Below are positions 24,506 to 37,800 of a DNA stretch of 64,000 bases, in pieces. The stretch is from Lama guanicoe (Eukaryota), in the NCBI GenBank assembly GCA_013239625.1, contig MU054117.1, forward strand, positions 4,863,514 to 4,927,513. The letters are read 5' to 3'. The position numbers were made by a program, and so were the translations under genes. Numbering within the stretch: the stretch's first letter is position 1; each line of letters starts with the position of its first letter. Under the pieces are notes generated by a model. That model searched no databases. It saw nothing but the letters and a program-made list of their open reading frames with translations, and was not told the DNA's origin.

Positions 24506-27500
24506 ATGAGTGCCGAGGTGAAGGTGACAGGGCAGAACCAGGAGCAATTCCTGCTCCTGGCCAAGTCGGCCAAGGGGGCAGCACTGGCCACGCTCATCCA
24601 CCAGGTGCTGGAGGCCCCCGGTGTCTACGTGTTTGGGGAACTGCTGGATATGCCTAATGTTAGAGAGGTGGGTTCCTGGCTTGGATAGCCCGCAGGGAAG
24701 CTTGGGGCTGAAGTTTGAATTTGAGAGTGATTGGGCAGGACTCATTTTGCAACCCCGTAAGCATTCAGTTGAACAAGAATACAGTGATAATTAACTGGTA
24801 GCTTGCAGAGATAAGCAGGCAGGTAAATCTGTAAACCTCTTGTTTTCCTTCTGGGGATGAATGACCTACAAACCCCAGTATTTTTCACTTTTAAGCAAAC
24901 GACCTTGCGATTCAGAATAGGAGACTTGATTCCAGCCTGTTTCCATCAGTGTAATGCCTCTTAATAATTGTATCACCTTGATTAGGTCACTTTTGTTTTA
25001 AAGCCTTAATTTTCTTTTTAAAAAAATGGACCTGATACTACCTGTCACTGTTATTGTAGATATCAGGTGAGATTATGGGAAAATGTAAAGTCTGGTACAA
25101 ATGGAAGGATGAATGTGAAATTGGCTTGCCCTGTTCTCTCCCTCTTTGCACCTTATGCTAATTCACTAAGTTAGATAAGGTAGAAGGTAACTTCCCCAAA
25201 GACACACGACAAGATGCTAGGAACACAGCAGAGAGAACTGTTCACACAGAAATGGCAGAGTTAAGAGTTTAAAGTTCAAAGTGAGTGGGTTGCCAAGATG
25301 TATGACACCAGCTCGAGTTCTGAGATGCTGTGACAGTGCTGGGTGGGCTGGTGATTGAGTCAATGGATTTAGCTTTTCGGAGACTGCCATCTTTCTCTGC
25401 TTTCCTCTGCAGTGGAACTAAAGAGAATCAAGGTGAAGAAAAAGAAGTACGTTTGGGGTGTCAGTTTAGCACTCTTCTAGTCGTCTGGGAATACCAGAAA
25501 AGTACAAGACTCAGTGCTACCCTCTGATACTTACATTCTGGTTGCAGAGAGAAAGATGAATGGATATCCATGTATAAATCATTTATTTAGCAAGTATTTA
25601 TCAGCAGAGCCAACTACATGCACAGCTCTGCTAGACCTAAGTGTGGTACTAGAGACTGGGTCTGTAATCTTGTTGAAAAGAAAGATATTCTTAGGTAACA
25701 ACTTTAGGTGGCCTTTGATTGACTAAATGCCAGAAGGGGTGATCAGTGGTAGGAGAAGAGGTCTGGATGGGTTGGCCTGGGTGATGAAAGCTCCCAGATG
25801 AGGCCAGTCTGAAGCAGAATCCACAAATCCCAGAGCCTTTCCAGACCGTGTAGCTGTCAGGGGAGTGAGGCTGAGGCGGGAGCCTTTGGTGCGTTGGGGT
25901 GTACAATGGGACAGTAGACTCCCTAAAGATACTGAAATTCAGAAATACTCTTAAGGGCCACACAACACAATTTTCAGTGTCTGGTGTGTGTGTGTGTGTG
26001 TGTGTGTGTGTTAGTTAAATAACACTCTGAAGGTTTTCAGCTCTGCGTTTAGGGTAGGAGTTGGAGGTGAATGGAGGACAAGAGGACAAGGGGACTGTGG
26101 ATTGAGGGGATCATGTAAACAAAGCCCTGGACGTGAAAATGAGGCCTTCCCATGGGGAGGGTGATCAGAGAGGCAGAGAGCTGCTTTTGATGAGCTGGGA
26201 AAGCTGATGTTGGAGGGGGAGGATAGGGCCGGAAAGTGGAATTCAAATGAGGAGGGTGGGAGGGTGGAGAGAGATGCCCTTCCTGTCACCTCTTCATCAT
26301 GTTCTTGCAGCTGGCTGAGAGTGACTTCGCTTCCACGTTTCGGCTGCTGACGGTGTTTGCTTACGGGACATATGCTGACTACTTAGGTAACCGGAGGGGC
26401 TGGAGCTCTGGACTGTTGGAGGTGGGAGAAGGGCAGTTTCTGGAGGGACTTAGAAGAAATTCTATGTAGATCCCTGAAGTACACAGGGTCAGGGTTAAGA
26501 CCTGAACTGGCATGGAAAACTTGAAAAAAAAAAAAAAAGGCAAGAGACGGAGGCTAGAGCTTCCCACAATACAAAACCAGGATTTCCTACACTTTGTCTT
26601 TTTTCCTAGCTGAAGCCCGGAACCTTCCCCCACTCACAGAGGCTCAGAAGAATAAGCTTCGACACCTATCAGTTGTCACCCTGGCTGCCAAAGTCAAGGT
26701 GAGTGACAGCCCCCTAGTCCTGAGCCGAGGAGCATCCTTTTGTGTGTCCCTTCTCAAGGGCCCAGATAAAGGGAGTGGCCCTCAGAAAGCCTCTGACCAC
26801 AGTGTTCCTTCTTCCTACCTCCTCTGATGTCCCTGCAAGGTCTGTGTCTGAACTCTTGTTACCTGTGGCCTTTTAGACTGAATAGTATTCTCTTAGTTTT
26901 CTGTTTAGTTTCTGTTTTTCAATAACTTCGGTTCTAAGTAAAACTTCTTTTGTGTTTTGGGTCAGAATAGCAACTAGGGTGTCGCTCACTGTGCTGTTCC
27001 GCATCCCGCACCCCCACCCCCTGTAAAGTCCCGTGCAGACAGCAGAGCTGGAACAGTGCTCTCTCTTCTGGTGAAGTGTAAATACATAACCCTGAAGTAT
27101 CTTTGTATGTCCCGTTGGCTTCCGTTTTTTAATAACTATCCCCCTCCACCTGTCAGCATCACCCACCTGTTACCTGACTCTCCTGTCTTTCTCACGATTT
27201 TACGTAAATCAGGCTCTCTACCGTGAGATGCCTCTTTGGAAGCAGACGGAATCTAAATGGTAAACAGAGTAACTCCAGGGAAAGCCCACACCCATCCTTC
27301 TGTTGTGTCAAGCTGATCTTGACCAAGTCCATGTGTGTCCCTGAGCTGTGGCCAGAGGATTGACACCCGGGCAGATGTCACTTTCTTCCCCTGTGGTGGG
27401 GAGGGTAAGCAGGGTAGGGGAGCATAAGTCTTTGATTTAAGATTGTCCTTTTCATGATGTTATTTCTCAAGTGGAAATGCTTTTATTTATTTTGCCCTAG

Positions 27501-29044
27501 AACCAGACTTTTAGAGATGATTTAGGAGTAGGAGTGGAGGGTGGGCAGGGGGAAAGGAGGGAAGGAGAATCTTGGAAGCCCTCCTCTGCTGCTGAACCTC
27601 ACAAACCCCAGCCTGACCTCCGGGCCCCAGTGTATCCCATATGCAGTGCTGCTGGAGGCCCTGGCCCTGCGGAACGTGCGGCAGCTGGAAGACCTTGTCA
27701 TCGAGGCCGTGTACGCTGACGTGCTTCGAGGCTCCCTGGACCAGCGCAACCAGCGGCTGGAGGTTGACTACAGCATCGGACGGGACATCCAACGCCAGGA
27801 CCTCAGTGCCATCGCCCGAACCCTGCAGGAGTGGTGAGACCTGTGTTCCGGCGCTGTCCCTTCTCTGCTCACCCCAAGACAGGAGGGGTTCTCTGGAGGG
27901 GGTGCTGGGCTGGGCGGCAGAGATGGAACCCAAAAGGATGCAGGGGAATGAGTTCGTTCCTCCAGAGGCTTCTGAGGGAAGCAAGGAGTGGAGGTGGGCC
28001 TGGGGAACAGGAGGCGGGAGGCACGTTCTCCATATAGCAATGGGGGAGAGATGGGGGGGCTCCTGAGAGGATCCTCACTGGGAGGTGGGATCCTCACCTG
28101 TCTCAGCTGGATTTAACACACTGGTCTGACCAGCACTGTCCAAAGGCCGTGGCTTCTCCCACTTCTGTTTTCTCTCTGTGTTCCTGTCTGACGTTAGTTC
28201 CTGAATACACCTTCTTTTTTGCCTCTCCAGGCACCTCCTTTCTCCTCCCTTATCCTGTCTTGAGTGTCCTTCTGGCTCCTGGGAAGGTTGTTGCAGGCGG
28301 TTTCCAGGTGCCCTGGCGAGGCTTCTGACTCAGGGCTCTGGATGCCAAGATCTAGGAGTCTTTCTGAGTCTGTGATCGCAGCCCTCTGCTGACACGCCTC
28401 CCCGCCGATTTCCGCAGGTGTGTGGGCTGTGAGGTGGTGCTGTCAGGCATTGAAGAGCAGGTGAGCCGTGCCAACCAGCACAAGGAGCAGCAGCTGGGCC
28501 TGAAGCAGCAGATTGAGAGTGAGGTGAGGAGGCGGGGGGGGGAAGACGGCCCAAAGATCCTCCAGCCTAGGCTGGCTGCCCTGGGCAGAGGGGTTTGAAC
28601 ACTGGCTGTCGCCAACAGACCCGGGAGCAGGGCCTGTCAGTTTCTGGAACCCTCCTTGTTTTCCCCACTGTTTTTATCCTGGTAGGTCGCCAACCTTAAA
28701 AAAACCATCAAAGTTACAACAGCAGCCGCTGCCGCAGCCACATCTCAGGACCCTGAGCAGCACCTGACTGAGCTGAGGGAGCCGGCTCCTGGCACCAACC
28801 AGCGCCAGCCCAGCAAGAAAGCCTCCAAGGGCAAGGGGTGAGCAAGTGCGGCAGGGACTGCTCGCTTCTGGGGTGCCTTGCTTTCACTCCAGAGGCCTGG
28901 CTGCCCTCATCCCTTCGGTCATTTATGTGGGGGTTCGGAAGAGGGGAGCTTGCAGGGCTTAGGGGAGTCCCTGAGCCTCTCTCTCTCTCTCCACCCCTTG
29001 CCAGGCTCCGAGGGAGCGCCAAGATTTGGTCCAAGTCGAACTGA
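24506..29044 (+). CDS. COPS7A: COP9 signalosome subunit 7a (275 aa, PCI domain)
   Basis: Exons 24506-24667, 26311-26386, 26610-26698, 27631-27833, 28418-28523, 28686-28837, 29005-29044 total 828 nt with all GT..AG introns. Translation [54 protein letters not shown]...[13 protein letters not shown]. Confidence 0.98.
25985..26010. repeat. (TG)n microsatellite in COPS7A intron
   Basis: About 13 uninterrupted TG units. Confidence 0.95.
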
Positions 29045-29814
29045 AGGGACTGTCGTTTCTTCCCCGGGGATGTGGGGTCCCAGCTGCCCACCTGCCCCTT
29101 AGGAGTCCTCAGAGAGCCTTCCTGTGCCCCTGGCCAGCTGATAATCTAGGTTCATGACCCTTCACCTGCCTTCTTCTCTCCCCCACCCGCAAACATAGAT
29201 CACACCTTCTAGGGAGGAGGCGAGTACAAGTCATGTTTTTGTTGGTACTTTTTAATGTGACTTTCTTATGTGTCCCATCATCCCCTCCTCCTCCCTGCCT
29301 ATTTCTTTAGGAGCCAGCATCTGTCTCTGTTTATTATATGGCATTAGTAGGTGGGTCTGCTCCATTGCCAGCATCACCCACACATGTTCCTTCTCCCACT
29401 GCCCCACCCTGCACGTCTAACCCCCAGCTCCTGCTCCCTGCCCCTAGCCTGTCTGGGCAGCATCTGAAGAGCCAGAGGGCTCCCACCTTTATTCCCATCC
29501 TGAGAGTGCCGGAGCCAGCCTGCCATTCTGGGAGCCACTGGACACTTTCATCCTAGAATCCCGTCACCCAGCAGTTGCTTCCTCTCCTCTCTCTTCCCCT
29601 TGGGTCCGGGAGCGCTGCTGCTTCAGTGACCCCAGAGCCTAAGGGCAGCTGTTTCTTGAGCTGTTGTGAGATGGTTCTTTCTTGACTCTGGCTGTTTGAA
29701 AGCCTGATGGCAACCTTGCAAGGATTTATACTTTTGTGAGTTTGGGAAGGGAAGGGGATAGAGATTGTATAAAAAGAATATATATACATATAGCTATATA
29801 TGATATGACGCAGA

Positions 29815-29820
29815 AATAAA
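29815..29820 (+). terminator. COPS7A polyadenylation signal
   Basis: AATAAA about 770 nt after the stop codon, followed by GT/T-rich sequence. Confidence 0.75.
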
Positions 29821-31849
29821 TCTATGAGAAGTCTATCTACAAACATGCCCTGAACTGGGTATCTTCTGTCCTTGGTATTCGTGGATGGGAAGAATGCTCA
29901 TTCCCAGTCCACTCTAAAGCAAAGTGCTGGGAAAAGGAGAGAACTGGATGCAGCGTGCTGATTCCCGGCCTAGGAGCCAGGAGCCCTTGGCCCTGGGCTG
30001 TATGACTCTGGACACACTGCTGAGTATCTTGGCATTCATTCAGAAGCAATGGATACTTACCAAGCACCAACCCATGGTAGGCACTGGAGCTGCAAATGAT
30101 GGTCAGTGTCCCTGCTCTCAGCCTGTTTCCTTCCACCTTATAGAATTATAGGGGGAATAGTTGATTGTAAACTGCAATTTTTGCATCAAAACCACATAGG
30201 ACTCTCAAAGAGGCAGCAGTCGGGCTCCTGTCCTCTGTCCAAGGCAGAGCATTCCAAACAGCATGCTGGGAGGGTTGGTCTCCTTGGCCCAGTGCACTGC
30301 TGTGCGCATCCTAGAAGTGGAAGGTCTAGTGTAAGGGGCAGTTGGCCCCCCACTTGCAGGGGAAGGGATTGCCTCGAGGGTCCCAGTGTTGACTGAGCTG
30401 CTCTCCAGAGCTTGTGCTGACCTCTAGTGGAGGTGGAGGGTTGACCATTCTTCGTTGGTCTTAAAAGTATCAGTCATAGAACTGGAAAGTGGGAGTGGAC
30501 CCTGAGTTTTTGGTTAAATTGGGCCCGTTGTCTTGAGGAGCAGTGGATACTTAATGAGACCAGTCCAGTGAGCCCTGTCTCAGGAGCTGACACTCTTGGC
30601 CTCTCATTTTACCTTTGGCCTAGACAAGCTTGTTGAGCCTATTGCATCTTGATTCTCAGTCTCTGCCTCTGAAATAAACCCCTTCTTCCTTCCACACCAT
30701 CTAGTGTGTAGAAATCGCTAATTCCTGATGCTTTGACCCTGTCCCTACCCTCCCCCAAACCTGCCCATTCCCCCAGATTTCCTCGTGAACTTCAGTGTCT
30801 CATTTTCCTGTAAGCTGGTCCCAGATAATGACTCCGTAACTCCCCTGGCTCCTCTAGTTCCAGCTCTCAGTGGGTGGCTCTAAAGTCTGTTGCGGGCTGG
30901 GCTGGGACTGCCTGGCCCAACATGCAAGCAGGGAGGAGGGGCCCTTCACAGCCCTAAGGACATGCAAATGCAATTTGTCCTTGATTTACAAAGAAAGGGC
31001 TCTTGACTACCAAGGCATGGAGGTGGGGGAGGAGATTATTTGTGGGCTGTTTTTGACCATGCTGTGCGGTTCAGGATTTAGGGATTCGGTGTATAACCAA
31101 GCCTAGGGCACTAGGGAAATTCTCCCAACCAACCAAAAACCTTATCGCCACTTGCACATTCTCACACACTGGTCCCTTCTGTACAGCAGTCTTAAGAGAT
31201 CTTAGGGCTGGACCACTCTGGGAAGAAGTGGAGGAAGAAAACTTGCCTTTGTGAGAATTCACGTCTCATGCACGTGACACAGACGACACTTGGAAGGTTA
31301 AACCAAAGTCCCTGGAGCCAGAACAGCAGTTGGCTGAGGCGCGTCTACGCACAAGAAGAGTGGAGACAGTGTCTGCAGTCAGCGTTTCTTCAAGATCACT
31401 GGCACCTCAGAGTTCGGCATCCGAGGGAAGTACCGCCAGGAACTAATGTGGAGTAAAGACATTCTCAGGTGGAGGAAAAGTATGAGAATTTGTTACCAGC
31501 AGATCTACTGTAAAAGAAATGCTAAAGGAGATTCTTGAGAGAAGAGAAATGATAACGGGAGACTTGGGGCATCAAGAATGAAGGAAGAGCAACATAAATG
31601 GAATATAGATTGTTTTCCTTTTAAATTCTTTAAAATGTTTATTCCAGTTGCAAGGGAAAATTATGAAGCTGTCCAGTGGGGTTTTCAGTCTCGTAGGTGT
31701 AATATGTGTGACAACTGCAAAACAGGCGTCAAAGTAAAGGGATGTGGGTGACGGTCAAGTTTCTACATTTAAAAGGAAGTGGTGAGATAAAAGTTCTCAG
31801 TGAACTGTGAACATACGTATTTTGTAATCCCTGAAACAAAGATTAATAC

Positions 31850-32050
31850 ACATTAGTCCACAGGCCAAATCCAGCCCACTGCTTGGTTTTGTAAATCAAA
31901 TTTTATTGGAACATAGTTACACTTCATTTACATTTCCTCTGACTACTTGTGCAGTATGGCATCAGAACTGACTTGCAACAGACATGTGTGGCCTGCAAAA
32001 CCCAACATATTTACCGTCTGGCCCTTTACAGAAAAAGCTTGCCGATCCTG
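31850..32050. mobile_element. MER58-like hAT-Charlie DNA transposon inside L1
   Basis: caggccaaatccagcccactgc...ttttattggaacatag...tatttaccgtctggccctttacagaaaaagcttgccgatcctg matches MER58A as recalled. Confidence 0.8.
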
Positions 32051-34361
32051 TCCTAGAGCAACCACTTAAAAGTTGGAAAAAAATCACTGGACAAAGTGGA
32101 ATACTAAGTAGTATTCAAATAAACCAAAAGAAGGCTGGAACATGGACGTAGTCGAATTATAAGTAGAGGGCCAAGCAAACAATAAGATGATAGAAATAAA
32201 TCCAAACATAATAATTATATTAAACATAAACAACCTAAGTGCAACAATTAAAAGATAGAAATTATCAAAATGAATTAAAAAAGCCAATACAACTATATGC
32301 TGTCTTCAGAAAATCCATTTTCAAGTGTAATATAGGTGGGTTAAAAGTAAAAGGATGGGAAAAGATAGACCATGCAAATGCCAATCAGAAGAAAGCTGAA
32401 GTGGCTATAGGAATATCGGACAAATTAACTTCAGAGCAAGGAAGACTACCAGGATAAAGAAGACTGTTGAACAATGATAAAAACTTCAGTTTTCCAAGAA
32501 GATGTCATTCTAAATATCTCTGCATCTAACTACAGAGCTTCAAATTACATGAAGCAAAAACTGACAGATATCAAGGTAAAAACACACAAAGCCGCATTAT
32601 AGTTGAAAATGTCAAAACTGCCCTCCTAGTAATCAAAGATCAAGTAAACAAAATCAGAGAATATGTAGAAGGATGTAGAACTGAGTGATGCCATCAGCCA
32701 ATAGGATCTCACTGAAATTTACAGAACACTCCTCAACATGGCAGAATACACATTTTTTTTCAAGTGCACATGGAACATTTACCAAGATAGACTATACTCT
32801 GGGTCATAAACCAAACCTCAACAAATTTAAAAGAGTTATGATCATACAGGGTATATTTTCCGACCATAATGGAATTAAACCTAGAAATTAATAACAAAGA
32901 TAACAGGGAAATTGCCAAACACTTGGAAACCAAACAACACGTTGGTAAATCCATAGGTCAAAGAGGTGGTCCCAAGAGAAATTAGAAAATGTTGTGACCT
33001 TAACAAAAAGGAAAATACAAAATATCAAAATATATGAGATGCAGCTAAAGCAGTGATCAGAGAAAAAATCGTCAAGCACATGCAGTAATAAAGAAGATCT
33101 GAAGTCAACAATCTATGCTTCTACCTTGAGAAGGTACATAAAGAAGAGCAAAAATAAACAGCAAGCAAGCAGGAGGAAAACAAGAGCAGGAAGTAATGAA
33201 AACAGAAAAAAAATCAATGAAACCAAAAGTTGTTTGAAATGATCAATAAATTTGATAAACCTCTAGCTATACTGACCAAAAAGAAAAAAGAGAGCAAGCA
33301 AGAAAGAAAAGGCACAAATAACCCAGTATCAGGACTAAAAGGAGATACCACTGCACACACCACAGACATTAGAAGGTTGTAAGAAAATACTACAAGCAAT
33401 TCTACACACAAATTAAACAACTTAGATGAAATGGACCAACTCTGAAAGCTACAAGCTACCAAAACTCAACCAAGAAGAAAGAGACACATATAAATGTACA
33501 ACTATAAAACTCAGAAGATAACAGAAGAAAATCTTAGTTACCAGGAGTTAGGCGAAGTGTTCTTACATATGACGCCAAAAAGATGATTCATAGAAGGAAA
33601 AAGTGATAAGTTAGACTTCATCAAAGTTCAGAACTTTTCCTTTGAAAAAGACATCAAGAGGAGAAAGGCCACAGTGTGAGAAAATCATTGCAGACCCCTG
33701 TCTACAAGACTTCTAAGCAGAATGTATAAAGAAATCTTAAAACTCAACAATAAGGAAATAAACAACCCAATTTTGAAAAATGGCTGAAAGACGTTTCATC
33801 AAAGAGGCTATAATGATGACAAACACATGAAAGGATGTTCAACATCATTAATCATTAGGGGAGCACCAGTTAAAACCACAGAGATGTGTCTGTTAGAATG
33901 AATAAAGGAATACCCACACACCTAACAGAACGGGTGAAATAAAATAAAAACTGACAATACCAAGTGCTGGCAAGGATACAGAGCAGCTGGAACTCTCTCT
34001 CTGTCACGTTCCTGGTAGGAATGCCAAATGGTACAGCCACACTGGGAAACAGTTTGGCATTTTCTCACAAAGCTAAATACGCATTTACCATATGACCTAG
34101 CAATCTCATGCCATTTCACTCCTAAAGAAATTAAAACATGTTCTCACACGTGTACCTGAATGTATATAGCAGTTCTGTCCATAGTTGCCCAAAACTGGAA
34201 ACTGGAATGTTCTTTGACAGACGAATTGATAAAGTATAAACACACAGTAGAATATTACTCAGCAATAGAAAGGAATGAACTATTAATACACACAACAACA
34301 GGAGTACATCTAGAAGGCAGTGTGCTGAGTGTAGGAGCCAGTCTCAAAGGGTTACATACCA

Positions 34362-34827
34362 CAGGCTGTCAATACCTTTACTGCCAGTTTGGTTCCAGAG
34401 CGAGTGAACATGAATTTTTGCTTTCCCGGTGCAAATGAAAGTTATACTTCTACTATACAGTAGTCTATTCTGTGTGCACTAGCATTATGTCTAAAACAAA
34501 GTACATATCGTAATTTTAACATGCTTCATTGCTAAAAAATGATTACCATCATCTGAGCCTTCAGCAAGTCATAATCTTTTTGCAACAGTCACATCAGAGG
34601 TCACTGATCACAGATCACCATCACAAATACAATAATCATGAGAAAGTTTGAAATATTGCCAGAATTACCAAAATGTGACACAGAGACATGAAGTGAGCAA
34701 ATGCAGTAGTAAAAATGGCACCAATGGACTTGGTTGATGCAGGGTTTCCGCTAAGTGTTCCGTTCGTCAAAAAAAAAAACAACAAAAAAACAGTGTCTGT
34801 GAAGTGCAATAAAATGAGGTCTGCCTG
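34362..34827. mobile_element. Internally deleted Tigger1-type (TcMar) non-autonomous DNA transposon
   Basis: Starts caggc and ends gaagtgcaataaaatgaggtctgcctg; both Tigger1 terminal regions appear joined with no transposase. Confidence 0.8.
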
Positions 34828-37800
34828 TGTGGGATTTAATTACATGACATCCTAGAAACAGCACAACTATAGCAAGGGAGAACAAATCAGTGGCTGCTGA
34901 GGGTTAGGACTGGAGGTGGGGGGTGGCTTCAGAGGAGCAGGAAGAGGAGGTTTGGGGGTGATGGAACTGTTTTGATCGTGACTGTGGTGGTGTTTACACA
35001 AATCTGTATGCACATTAAAACTCATAGAACAAACACAGCAACTTCATCGTATGTTAAAAATACAATATTGAAAAAACATGCCAGACTCCTGGCATCCATC
35101 ATTTTAAACACCATGCCATTACTTGCAACTTTTAATATAAATGTAAAAAAATTTTCAATCATCAAGGAGCTTTCCATCTAAAGGACCCGCATGGTGAATC
35201 TTGCCGCACAGCATGTTAGTATCACTTGTGTCAATCTGGATTTTGAGTCCCAGCTGCTGGGTAGTTGTATGATGGTCTGCAAGTCACTCGGTACTTGAGC
35301 AGTAAAATAGGAGGGGGGATTTGAATGGTATTTGTAACCATTGCTAAGCTGCATCGGAATCCTCTCCAACCTTGGGATTCTGCTTTAGTGGGTCTGGGGT
35401 GGTGATTCTGATCTGCTGTCACTTTTGGGAACGGCTAGAGAGGGTGATCTCTAAGATCTCTTTCAGCTCGAAGATTTTTATTTGTTATCATATTCTGGGT
35501 TTGCTTGAATTAAGGTCTCTGTGTAATTGGGAATCAGCTTCTGTCCTTCCGAACCACATTCCCTGTGAACTGGGGATCCCTCCTGCCCCGAATCTAGGAC
35601 AGCTGTCTAAGTTCACCAGTGATTTTCTAAGAATCCAGCTTTTTTCCTTTCATCAAGCTGTTTCCCACCTCAGTGTCACCTTGACCTTTCCTGGTGTATT
35701 TCTGCTCCCTCTTTTATCTTTTTACTTTTTTTTTGACATTTCAGAAGGCTAATTTAATTTTTTTATTATTCATTTATTTATTTTTTAAATTGAAGTAGAG
35801 CTGATTGACAAGGTTGTTGTTAGTTTCTGGTATACAGCTTAGTCCTTTTAGAGACTCAGTCCCACCTCTGGGGCCCTTTCTCATGCCAGCTTCTCTCCCA
35901 TCCTCCAGCTCAGGGGTCTGAATGTCCTAGCCTCAGACCTTCAGACACTTACTTGGCCTCTGGGCTGGAGAACACTGGCATCTGGGAGATAATTGTCAGA
36001 ACCTGCCAGCTGTCCAGGTGACAGGTGACAGAACTGAAGAGGATGGGATGGACGCTGGGAGGAACCAGGGCAGCCCCTGCTTGTATCTTAAAGATGAATC
36101 TTCAGGGAATAAGAATCATAAAGGGCAGAAAAAGCACAAGGAACCCTGAACCAAAACCCACTCATCTCAGGGACAGTCCAGAGCTGGGAAGGGGCTGAGC
36201 CCGGAAGCAGAAGAACTGCCTGCTCCTTGTCCCCCAGGGGTACCGTTGAAGGCCAGCCACGGAGGCTAGGAAGGCTCAGAGCCGCCAGCCCTCTCTGCAC
36301 GGGGGCACTTCAGGCCCACCTTCTGTCACAGCTCTGCCAGCCTCTGCACCCCAGGCCCCTCAGGTACCCTTCCCTCAAGCCACGCCAGCCCGGCGTGCCC
36401 CGCAGGCTCTCCCCGGGATGGAGCTGGTTGGGAGGCTCCTTTGAGGGAGCAGCTATGCACAGTTTCTGCTCATGTCCCTTCTTGGTTATTTCTTACCTCC
36501 CAGTGCCTCCTGGGCCAAACTCCCTGTCTTCATCTCTCCCTTCTAGTGCCACCTCACCTGGCTCCCACCTCTCCTAGTGGAAGACCACACAGATGTCTAA
36601 GAGGGAGAGAGGTACAGCCTACCTTTTACTCACCCTGGGACCCCCGGAGTGGCCTGAGAGAAGGAATCCTTGACCCTTGCTGCCCCCTCAGCCCCTGGAA
36701 TGACCCCTTCCCAGGATTGAGCGCATCGAGGCAGGACAGGTATGGGGCACTGGATGGACTTAGAAGACAGGGAGCTGGGAGACCAGACTGCTGGGTACTT
36801 CTCGTGGGTCAGCCTGTTCTCTAGGTGACCTGTTTATTCGATGTAGGCATTGGGCAGAGGAAGCGGGCACTGGGTAACGGGTGTTACTAGGACTTGAGGC
36901 CCTTTGTAATCCAGACTGCAAGATGGGCTGGGTCAGAGTGGCCCCAGACATTTCTGTTTCTATTTTCCCGTCTGTGAAGCTGAGGCATAAAAAGGTTTGA
37001 AAGAGAATAGTTGGTAGCTGGGAGAATGGAGGGCTGGAAGCTGATACAAGCCCAGTAAGATGATTTCCAGCTTGTCTGGAAGCATCTTAGGAGTACTGAG
37101 AGTAGAAGTGGGCATGAAGACCACCGGAGAGCACTGAAGGCACAGGACAGGGACAGGGTATTGGGGCAAAGTCAGGCACCTTTATCCCAGGCACTGTGTC
37201 AAATGCTTCCTCTGTACTAACTCACCTGATCTCCTAACTCTGAGGTATGAATCCATGTCCCCACTGCCACCAGCGCCTACGAAAAGGCCCATTTTACAAA
37301 GCAGGAGACTGACATTGAGAAATTTAGTCTTCCTCAGGGTCAGAGGTGAGCAAGGGGGCCCGGTGGGGCTTGCTTATACCAGTTTGTAGTCATAATTTCA
37401 CTCCTCTAATTCCTAGTCTCCTAACAAGTTATCAGCCTCTTCCAACCTATCATTTTTGGGGCTCGGGGAAATAATGTAAGTGAGTCTGACCATGTCCTCT
37501 GGACATCTGTCAGAGGGCTGAGGGGGTGGCTGTTGTGCACAAGGCTGGGCTGACTGGAGAGCTGGAAATGAAATGTCAGCCTCCTCCCTGAGTCCTTTCC
37601 TGGCTCTGCTCCCTGGCCCTCACCCCACATGGATGACAGGTCAGGAAAGTGCCAGGGGGCTGGCTCTTGTGCATCTCACTCACCTTGGCTAACACCTAAC
37701 TTCCCACCACACATCCTTGCCAAAAACAACCATCATGGGCCCTACAGATAAGTGCTGGGTTGCAGAGTGGTCCTCCCCAAGAGCAGGAAGCAAGGGTGGA

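Larger units (their letters stand above)
31360..35070 (+). mobile_element. Old LINE-1 (L1M-type) remnant, ORF1 end through 3'UTR with deletions
   Basis: Endonuclease-region remnants (LKVKGWEKIDHANANQKKAEVAI; FFSSAHGTFTKIDYTLGHK) and an L1M-type 3'UTR. Confidence 0.85.

Noticed and set aside
27851..27860. REST/NRSE half-site GGCGCTGTCC
   Set aside because: The second half-site is missing at the required spacing.
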